Position numbers and translations under genes: made by a program. From Eledone cirrhosa (Eukaryota), in the NCBI GenBank assembly GCA_964016885.1, contig OZ024741.1:155000001-155064000 (forward strand): DNA of 64,000 nt, written 5' to 3'. Positions within the stretch are counted from its first letter, which is position 1. Each line of letters starts with the position of its first letter. The notes beneath the pieces are model-generated. The model did not search any database and was not told the DNA's origin. It saw nothing but the letters and a program-made list of their open reading frames with translations. Below are positions 54,690 through 64,000 of this stretch, piece by piece.

Positions 54690-55697
54690 ATGCAAAGTAT
54701 GGGTGTATAAAAGAATGTAGATTTTATATGTGGCCGGTGCACAGGTGCAATAAGTAGCAAGTGCCCACAGGATACTAGCTCCTTCTATTGCCCAGATGGC
54801 TCTATAGAAATAGTGGACACCTTCCGTTACCTGGGTGACAAAATCAGCAGTAGTGGAGGGTGCTCAGAAAGTACAGTAGCCAGAGTCAGAACGGGATGGA
54901 AAAAGTTCAGAGAGCTTATACCACTATTGGCTGCTAAAGGTTTCTTTCTAAAAATGAAAGGCAGGTTGTATGAGGCCTGCATACGAACAGCTATGTTACA
55001 TGGCAGTGAGACATGGGCATTGTGTGCAGAGGATCTGCGCAAACTGGAGCATAAATGAACTAAGTGAGAAATTAGGTATAAGATGCTGTTTACTTGAGAG
55101 AAGACTAAGTTGGTATGGTCACGTGATGCGCATGAAAGACGACAGCTGTATAAAAAAGTGCAGGGCGATCAAAATTGACGGAAGTTATGGAGTAGGCAGA
55201 CCAAGAAAAACCTGGAACGATTTGATAAATTCTGACCTTACACACTTACACCTCTCTAAGACAATGTCACTGGACCGAGATCTTTGGCACTATGCAGTAA
55301 TACAGAAAACCCGCCTTGCCTAAGTACAAAGCAAAACCTACAGTCAGTAGGCACCCCCATCCCACTAACCCAACTCCCCTACCCCCATCAACACCACCCT
55401 TTCTCTGTAAAGTTATGTTGGTACCACAACATCCAGTCCTAAATAAATGAGGTCGTGTAGGTGTCACGAAAAAAAAAAACACACAGTCCATGCTGTAATG
55501 TGGCCATGTAGGAAACATGGTCAAAACCTCCCAGTCCACACTGTGGTTGGTGTTAGGAAGGGCATCCAGCCATAGAAAACCTGCCAGACAGTCCTATATG
55601 AGCGAGACGACCAATCTTGTGTCAAGTGGGACAATTCCCCTCTAAACCCATGCTAGCGTGGAAGATAGATGTTAAACGATGTTGATGATGATGATGA
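54690..55697 (+). mobile_element. RTE LINE 3' fragment
   Basis: DTFRYLGD..AMLHGSETW..WYGHVMRM; UTR; (GAT)n. Confidence 0.9.
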
Positions 55698-55930
55698 TTT
55701 TTATATATATGTATATATGAAATAATATTGAGACAAATATTGTTTACATAATTGTATTTATTACATTATGCTTATTTCAATATGTCTATATATGTATTTA
55801 AGTTTTAAAAAGTGGCCAGACCAGGTTTCTCTGTCCACTTTTCTCCTTCTCTAGAGGTACATTATTCAATTTATTCAACTATTATTATAGTTATCTGTAT
55901 TGTGGTAATTGTTTTTGCTTGAATTTTAAG

Positions 55931-56041
55931 GTGTATCCTTTGGATAAAATGAGCCGAGACAATGGAGCCATTCTTGTCTGCTGTGGTCCAGACAGCAATG
56001 GGGCACATGGACTTGTCTGTGCACGACATCTCAAACACTTT
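55931..56041 (+). CDS. YjeF_N protein, exon B
   Basis: ttttaag| ... |gtaagt; [37 protein letters not shown]; phase 0/0. Confidence 0.95.
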
Positions 56042-56128
56042 GTAAGTAAATCTATTAACTCATAACATCCTCAACTGCATAAAATGATGTTCTGTACTGC
56101 ATGAAACCACATGAGCATGATATTCAAA

Positions 56129-56834
56129 AACAAACAACCCTATGACTACATCACATTAAAAATTAAAGCCTTTACTTTTGTCTACTACTGCAAATTTTCA
56201 CAATGAAACTAGAAAAGACACTATAAGTAATTTAATTAACAAACCATATGAAACCACATTGGCAATACATTTTTGAAAAAATACAAAGCAGCACTAAAAT
56301 TATACCACATTGAAAAATTTATGTCTTTAGTTTACGGCAAATTTTCACAATGATTTGTCCACTAGTAATGATACTAAATCCATTTTTTAGATATTTTCTG
56401 CTAAATCATTACAAGTCATTAAAAGTTAGGAAAGAGAGAATTTAACATAGCTTTACAGGTTTTTTTGTTCTTGTTTGTTACTTAAATGACCCATGGCATA
56501 CCACCAGTTATGAATTTGGAGAAATTTATTGAAATAACTAACTTCTTGTTATTAAGTTGGTGTTTATAAAATAATTTAACAAAAGTTCTTACATAAAATT
56601 ATCACGGAAAATTTTTAGATAAAACAAACAACCCTATGACTACATCACATTAAAAATTAAAGCCTTTACTTTTGTCTACTACTGCAAATTTTCACAATGA
56701 AACTAAAAAAGACACTATAAGTAATTTAATTAACAAACCATATGAAACCACATTGGCAATACATTTTTGAAAAAATACAAAGCAGCACTAAAATTATACC
56801 ACATTGAAAAATTAATGTCTTTAGTTTACGGCAA
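56129..56834 (+). repeat. Near-identical ~210 bp direct duplication (56129-56342 and 56622-56834)
   Basis: aaacaaacaaccctatgactacatc..tttagtttacggcaa occurs twice. Confidence 0.85.
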
Positions 56835-56905
56835 GACAACCACTCTTGCCTCAAGTGAGAAAAACTCCCGTCCAAACCCATGCAAGCGTGGAACATGGAC
56901 GTTAA

Positions 56906-56955
<50 letters not shown>

Positions 56956-56983
56956 AGACACTTTAAACCTTTTGTTACCATTT

Positions 56984-57462
56984 AAACTATAATAAAGTAA
57001 GAAGCGCGGCACTGTGTACGGTTTATAATTTTTTATCCCCTTAGTAAAATAAGTTGGACTACTTTGAATAAATAATGAATGAATATTACATAATTTATCT
57101 ACTAAATTTCGTGGCTGTTCATTAAATATATTTTATTACTTATTTAAAGATTCACTTCTTTAAAATTTCAAATGTTAACACTTCCGGTAAGTGAACATTT
57201 AAATAAATCTTCATATATTTCTGTCACTAATTTTCTCCTAATGCAGTTTATATATAATATCGTCTTTTTTTAATGTATCATGGATTACGTTACTGATTAC
57301 ATAAGAGAGTGTAACACAGTCTTCATTCAATTTCTGTGTATATTGTCAATTACGATTTTATTTGATGTATCATATCTACATGCATATATACTTGCATATA
57401 ATAACAATGTACACACTACACATGCTAGCAGAAAACCACCCGAAGGGTGGTTTATCTGCTAG
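56984..57462 (+). mobile_element. Small non-autonomous Helitron
   Basis: 3' hairpin aaaccacc cgaag ggtggttt then CTAG|T; shares the ttcacttcttta..ttcaaatgt.aacactt.cgg block with 32160-32210. Confidence 0.65.
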
Positions 57463-57883
57463 TATTTCTAATGAAAGACACTGCCTATGGTTTTCAAATA
57501 ATTTTGAAAATAATGAAACATTTTAGAGAGATTTATTAAAATAACTAATTTCCTCATTATTAAGCTTGTGTTTGTAAAGTAACTTAAAATTATGCTGGAA
57601 CTTCTAAATATAAAAATAACATTTTAACTCTTTTGTTACCGTATTTCTAAAGAATGACTGCCCATGGTTTTCAAATAATTCTAAAAATATATAATATAAC
57701 TAACTTTCCCATAATTAAATCAGTGTTTGGGACATAGCTTAACAAATCTTCTTACATAGAATTATGAAGAATATTTTAAAATAAACATAAACACTTTAAA
57801 ACAAACAGTTTCATATCACTGGACCTGGGATTAAGCAATTGAATATCGACTCTCCTTGCTTGACTTGATAATCAACATCATTC

Positions 57884-58100
57884 AGTAGATTGGCAGTATC
57901 AGAAGAGCATCAGATAATATGCTTTATGGCATAGAGTTACAGTTCTTTACATTTTGAGTTTAAATCTCGCTGAGGTTAGCTTTGCCTTTCATCCTTACAG
58001 GGTTGATAAAATAAAGTACCAGTAACACACTCAGGTCAATTTAATCGATTTTCCCTTCCCTTTCAACTTGTTGGCCTTGTGCCAAATGTAGAAACAATTA
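57884..58100 (+). mobile_element. Nin-like tRNA SINE
   Basis: Same unit as 46135-46320. Confidence 0.8.
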
Positions 58101-58544
58101 TTTTACGGTACATTTTCCATGCCAACATGAATTGGAGGGGTTGTCACTGTTTAAAATTAGAAGGGTCATATGTTCCATATTTGGTACTGTTCTAAGGCTG
58201 GAAGTACTTTGTAATGCCAACCACTTTACAGAGTGCACTGGGTGCATTTATTTTGTGGTGCCAGCACTACCATTTTACAGAGTGTACTACCTATTTTATT
58301 TCAGTACCAGCACTGCCACCTTACAATGTGTACTAGGTTTATTTCATTGTTATACCAGCACTACCATTTTACAGAATGTACTGGGTATATTATATTGTGA
58401 TATCAACACTAGCACTTTACAAAGAGTACCAGGTGTATTATATCATGGCACCCGCACTACCTCTTTAAAGAGTGTACTGGATGTATTGTATTGTGAAACT
58501 TTATGTATATTCTCTTTACCTGTGTTGGATTTTCTTTGTTGCAG

Positions 58545-58806
58545 GGATACAAACCGTCCATATTCTACCCAAAAACCTCCAATAAAAAAATCTTTGAAAA
58601 TCTGAGGCTGCAGTGTGAAAGAATGGACATGCCGTTTTTGTCATTCTTTCCCAGTGAACCACACCTCATAGACTCTGCATATAATCTGGTTGTTGATGCC
58701 ATCTATGGTAGCTGCCACAGGGCGCCAATCATTGGAGACTTTGCTTTGGTCCTGGAGACGTTGAAGAAAATTGAAAACCCTCTCGTCAGTCTTGATATTC
58801 CATCAG
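58545..58806 (+). CDS. YjeF_N protein, exon C
   Basis: ttgcag| ... |gtaagg; GYKPSIFYPK..QCERMDMPFL..YNLVVDAIYG..PLVSLDIPS; phase 0/1. Confidence 0.95.
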
Positions 58807-58924
58807 GTAAGGATATTCAATCAGTTTCATCACTGATACAGTGTTACACAAATAAAAACTTTGCTGCTGCTGCAGCTGCTACTACTACTACTACTACAAA
58901 TACGTCATCACTTTTGCTCACTAC

Positions 58925-59210
58925 TAGTCCTCTGTAGAACTCAAACGTGGAATTTCTACTGACCACATTGCCCAACTGACAACATTCCAGCTGCAAAGTG
59001 CCTTGGCTTGATCCATGACTACAGCTTGATCAAAGAGATGAGCTGTGGAAAAACATGCCTGATAAAGGACGACAATTGTTTTAGGAACATTTGTAAATGC
59101 TGTGGTTTCAACATATACTTGCCATGTCATGTTGAGCATTCCATGCAAAAAGAAGATACTCCAATCTGGTGAGACACAAACTAGGGCAAAGGACAACAAC
59201 AGCTAGGAGT
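58925..59210 (-). mobile_element. Old Tx1-like remnant
   Basis: QLGNVVSRNSTFEFYRGL versus QVGNAISGTSTLEFYRGL at about 50950-51005. Confidence 0.6.
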
Positions 59211-59229
59211 TAATATAAACACACATAAA

Positions 59230-60695
59230 GAGTTTAGCGTAAAAGTTGGTGTTCATCAGGGCTCTGTTCTTAGCCTCCTACTATTTATTATTGCCCTTCA
59301 GGCTATAACAGTGGAGTTCAAGACCGGCTGCCCATGGGATCTCCTATACGCAGATGATCTAACGCTCATAGCTGAATCAATGGCCGAGCTAGAGAAGAAA
59401 TTCCAAACATGGAAGAACGGCCTAGAATCAAAAGGCCTTAAAATTAACCTGGCTAAGACTAAAGTTCTAGTTTGTAGGAAAGAAAATAAGGCGCCGGTCC
59501 CTTCCGGGAAATGGCCATGCTCAGTGTGTAGGAAAGGCGTAGGTAGAAACTCCATTTTATGTCCCAAATGCAAAGTATGGGTGCATAAAAGATGTAGTGG
59601 GATCACAGGTAAGCTAACTAAGAACATAGATTTTACATGTGGCCAGTGCTCTGGTGCAATAAGTAGCAGCAAGTGCCCACAAAATACTAGCTCTTTCAAT
59701 TGGGCAGAGGGTTCTATAGAAATAGTGGACAGCTTCCGTTACCTGGGTGACAAAATCAGCAGTGGGGGAGGGTGCTCTGAAAGTACAGTAGCTAGAGTCA
59801 GAACTGGATGGAAAAAGTTCAGAGAGCTTATACCACTATTAGCCGCTAAAGGGTTCTCCCTAAAAATGAAAGGCAGGTTGTATGAGGCCTGCATACGAAC
59901 AGCAATGTTGCATGGCAGTGAGACCTGGCCATTGTGTGCAGATGATATACGCAGACTAGAGAGGAACGAAGCTTGCATGCTCCGCTGGATGTGTAATAGT
60001 AATATACGTGAACGGCAAAGCATAAACGAACTAAGGGAAAAATTAGAAATAAGAGGGATCAGATGTTATTTACTCGAGAGAAGGCTACGTTGGTATGGTC
60101 ACGTGATGCGCATGAAAGACGACAGCTGTATAAAAAAGTGCAGGGCAATAAAGATAGACGGTAGCCACGGAGTAGGCAGACCTAGAAAAACCTGGGACAA
60201 CCTAATAAATTCTGACCTTACACACTTACACCTCTCCAAGACAATGTCACTGGACCGAGATCTTTGGTGGTACTCAGTAATAGAGAAGACCCGCCTTGCC
60301 TAAATACAAAGTAAACCTACTACAGTCAGTAGGCATCTCGAGCAAAATATGCCCCCGTCACACCACACCCACCCCATCCACACCGCCCCTTTCAATGTAA
60401 AGTTATGTTGGTGCCACAACATCCAGGCCGAAACAAATGAGATCGTGTAGGTGTCACGACAAAAAAACACACAGTCCACGCTGTAATGTGGTCGTGTAGG
60501 CAACACGGTAAAAACCTCCCAGTCCCACACTGTAAATGTGGTTGGTGTTAGGAAGGGCATCCAGTTGTAGAAAACCCGCCAGACAGTCCTATGCGAGCAA
60601 GACAACCACTCTTGCCTCAAGTGGAAAAACTCCCGTCCAAACCCATGCAAGCGTGGAACATGGACATTAAACGATGATGATGATGATGATGATGA
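59230..60695 (+). mobile_element. Young 5'-truncated RTE LINE
   Basis: Open 330 aa frame 59311-60303 (YADD, Cys-rich insert, RRLRWYGH); UTR; (GAT)n. Confidence 0.93.
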
Positions 60696-60719
60696 CACAA
60701 ATAATAAAAATGCTACACT

Positions 60720-61030
60720 AAAACAATGACAAGAAAAAAACCTACATGACCAATATTTGAAAAAAAAGCTTAATAAGGAGGAAGTGGACAAACAAAATTC
60801 ATAGCACTGGACTAAAAGCTATAATTGAAGGATTTCTAATTGCAGCATAAGATCAAAGCTTTCTCATCAGAAATCACCAAAACTACATAATGAAGCAGAA
60901 CACTGTAACTGCAGAATATGTGGTGATTGGAAAGAAACAATTAACATTATTTCTGACTGCCAAGTCTTAACCAAAAAAAGAATATCTTCACAGACATGAT
61001 AGAGTTGGGATTTACATACAGAGGAAGTTA
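60720..61030 (+). mobile_element. R4/Dong-like remnant (zinc knuckle region)
   Basis: LHDQY..IAA*DQ..CRICGDWKETINIISDC. Confidence 0.6.
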
Positions 61031-61074
61031 TGCCAACACTACAAAATACCTTCTTTTTCTTCACCCACTTGTCT

Positions 61075-61500
61075 TCACCCACTTATTCCTGAGAGGATCG
61101 TTGGGACAGAGTCCTTAAACATTCCTTCCAGCGGGTCCTGTTAGAAGCAACCATCTCCAACTGATCTGGCTGGATCCCCAAGCACGACCAGACAAACTCA
61201 TGGATGTTATCTAACCATTTTGCTTAGGGTCTACCTCTGGGTCTCTTGCCAGCTGGTTTTGCCCTTAAAATCTGTCCAGCGATTCTTTCCTGGGACATTC
61301 TAACCACATGCCTTTAGTATTGGAGCTGAGATCTCTTAATTCAGAGAAGTAGTGACTCTATCTGGAGTGACTCTTTGATCTCTGAGCTACACACTTTATC
61401 GAGTAATGTTACTTCAAAAACCCTGTGGAGGAATCCCATTTTGGCCACTTGTATATGTGATCGTATTCTTTCGGCCATTACCCAAGATTCATTATTCATG
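61075..61500 (-). mobile_element. Second RTE family 3' fragment
   Basis: ESWVMAERIRSHIQVAKMGFL..EIKESLQIESLLL; homologous to 12540-12905. Confidence 0.8.
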
Positions 61501-62041
61501 GCACAAATATCAACAGAAAAAAGAGATGAGAGGTGGTACAAATGGATTGCACATAGAAATACAGTAAATGTTACAAACATAAGGGTTACAATACATGCAG
61601 GCTTGACAAACAAAGTTATATAAAATGAGAATACGGGCAAGCATGTTATACAATAGACAGATCAATTTGATAAAACATAAAATAAGTATACAATGTATTG
61701 TAAAATACCCCATAATTAACACAAGATAGAACATAAAACATTCAGGTTTACCCACTGAAACACAGGTGGGAACGTACAAATTAAATCAAATCATAACACC
61801 CCACATTTCTGCTTTCTCATAAAGCTTTATATACTTCTTGAGGCTCATTGAAATCCTTCATAAGCATTTCTTCAGTGGATACATCCACAAAAGCACTCAT
61901 ATCTTCTGGACAGAAGTACTTTATCTCTTCATATAATTCTTTTGAAAGAATCATCTGAGAGCTCTTCATAGTATTTGATTTATTTTGTTGTGTTGTATAT
62001 ATGTAATTAACTACTGTATATATTGTTTGTGTTTACACATC

Positions 62042-62171
<130 letters not shown>

Positions 62172-62330
62172 TAGTTCAACAACATTTAGTTCACCATACT
62201 GAGAACAAAGGTTTCACCTTATCGTGAAACATTTGGTCTTGGTATGGTGAACTACCAAATTCGTCCCATGGACTGAGTGCTCTACTACTACAGATATAAC
62301 CCTCCAGTGTTATATACTATTATATATATT

Positions 62331-62767
62331 AGAATTGGTGCTCTGAAATAGCGATATATATATGAATGTATATATAGTGTATTTTGCAATACAGTGTATG
62401 CTTAATTAAAAGCATTTTGAAGACCATACGCTATTGTTTTAAAATAGTGACAATGTCACTTATTTAAATTTTCAGCAAACAGAGGAGATAAACTGACAGA
62501 GCTCTGTTTCGTACTTTTTGGTACTTATCAAAGCTCACTACTCCAACACACATAAGAATCCAACACACATAATTTTCAGCAAACAGGAGGAGTAGTGAGC
62601 TTTGGTAAGTACCAAAAAGTACGAAACAGAGCTCTGTCAGTTTATCTCCCTTGTTTGCTGAAAATTTAATAAGTGACATTGTCACTATTTTAAAATAATA
62701 GCGTATGCTCTTCAAAATGCTTTTAATTAAGCATACAGTGTATTGCAAAATACACTGTATATACATT
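62331..62767. mobile_element. PLE-type inverted repeat with two hammerhead copies, intronic
   Basis: Arms about 62365-62544 and 62586-62767; related to 1841-2165. Confidence 0.8.
62490..62536 (-). ncRNA. Type-I hammerhead ribozyme, U3-A8 variant (mirror copy 62597-62643 on + has A6G)
   Basis: GAGCU-UUGAUAA-GUAC caaaaa GUAC-GAAA-CAGAGCUCUG-UC-AGUUU. Confidence 0.85.
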
Positions 62768-62922
62768 TATTATATATATATACATATACATACCGACAGA
62801 ATTAAGGTGTTTGCTCCAACATAGCTGTATACATATATCTATGTGTATTTTGTATATCGAATAATATATGATATGTTTACGAATAAACATTTATTATTAT
62901 CATCATTATTATTATTATTCAG

Positions 62923-63260
62923 GTTGGGACATTGAAAAGGGTGATCCTGATGGACTACAGCCGGCCATGCTGATATCATTGACCTGTCCAAAGTTGTGTG
63001 CTCGCCACTTCCAAGGACAACACCACTATCTGGGTGGACGGTATATACCACGTACTTTGGAACTTCGTTACGAGCTCAACCTTCCCAACTATCCCGGTGT
63101 TGATTGTGCAGTGGAGCTGAAGACACAACAGCACCATCCATCAGCCAGCCATAATACTAGCTCCACTATTTCTAATGTTACTACTACTACTAATGTTACT
63201 TCTAATGTTACTCACACTACCATTACTAATGCTAATACTAGTGCCTCATCCGCCTTATAG
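62923..63260 (+). CDS. YjeF_N protein, terminal coding exon D
   Basis: attcag|; [58 protein letters not shown] plus a tail; TAG at 63258-63260. Confidence 0.95.
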
Positions 63261-63382
63261 AAGCACGTCCACATATTTAATTCTATCTGTCTATTTATAT
63301 ATCTATCTATTTATTTATTTGTCTGTCTGTCTATTTATCTATCTATCTATTAATTTATCTATTTATCTATCTAAATATCTAC

Positions 63383-63444
<62 letters not shown>

Positions 63445-63455
63445 CTCTCTCTCTC

Positions 63456-63511
<56 letters not shown>

Positions 63512-63580
63512 CAATAGCACTAACATAGTGTGGTTCATAATAGAGATGTATATAAAGGCATATATGATATGTATATGTAT

Positions 63581-63586
63581 AATAAA
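63581..63586 (+). promoter_or_regulatory. Candidate polyadenylation signal
   Basis: AATAAA about 320 nt after the stop; another at 63844. The AT-rich background makes this weak. Confidence 0.3.
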
Positions 63587-64000
63587 CACCCAAGAGACTC
63601 ACTATGGATATTTTAAGATGTGATCATATCACAGCCATCTCAGTAACCATGTATAAATACCAGACAGCTGTTTTGGGAATTGATCAGACATCAGTGACAT
63701 TTACTCACCCCGTACTGAGACAAAAATACGCTTATAGCTTATATGCTTTTTGTGAGACATTTGTGTGTTTATTGTACATAAACATATAGTACATTCTTTC
63801 ATATTAACCCTATTATTAACCACACCACATTAGCGCTACTGATAATAAATCCTAGCTGGTTAAGTTCACAATATATGCAAATGAGCATCTCTAAGTGATG
63901 TTAGGTTGGCTCTATATGCAAACGAGTATTTTCAGCTAATATCTCATATGCAAAAATGCATATAAACTATAAACATATTCTTGATTCAGTACCAAGTGAG

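Noticed and set aside
58220-58490. Regularly spaced ~39 bp repeats resembling a CRISPR array
   Set aside because: Degenerate tandem units of the RTE/SINE 3' UTR with no unique spacers or cas genes; eukaryotic DNA.

Overview
AT-rich, microsatellite-dense animal genomic DNA. The SINE/LINE mix and repeat style suggest a coleoid cephalopod such as Octopus (inference). Most of the window is decayed retroelement and Helitron sequence: RTE LINEs, a full-length but broken Tx1-like LINE, R4/Dong remnants, Penelope-like elements (PLEs), tRNA-derived SINEs and a TTAA-flanked MITE. One host gene is visible: four + strand exons (51914-52022, 55931-56041, 58545-58806, 62923-63260) of a YjeF_N protein (NAXE/YJEFN3 family). 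It has a degenerate NADHX-epimerase motif (GPDSNGAHG) and a Thr/Asn-rich C-terminal extension; its first exon was not securely located. The main unannotated signal is about a dozen minimal type-I hammerhead ribozyme motifs from several sequence-distinct families. They sit in PLE-type inverted repeats beside (TA)n tracts, several carry the compensatory U3-A8 core, and two related copies show covarying stems. TE boundaries are approximate and were read by eye.
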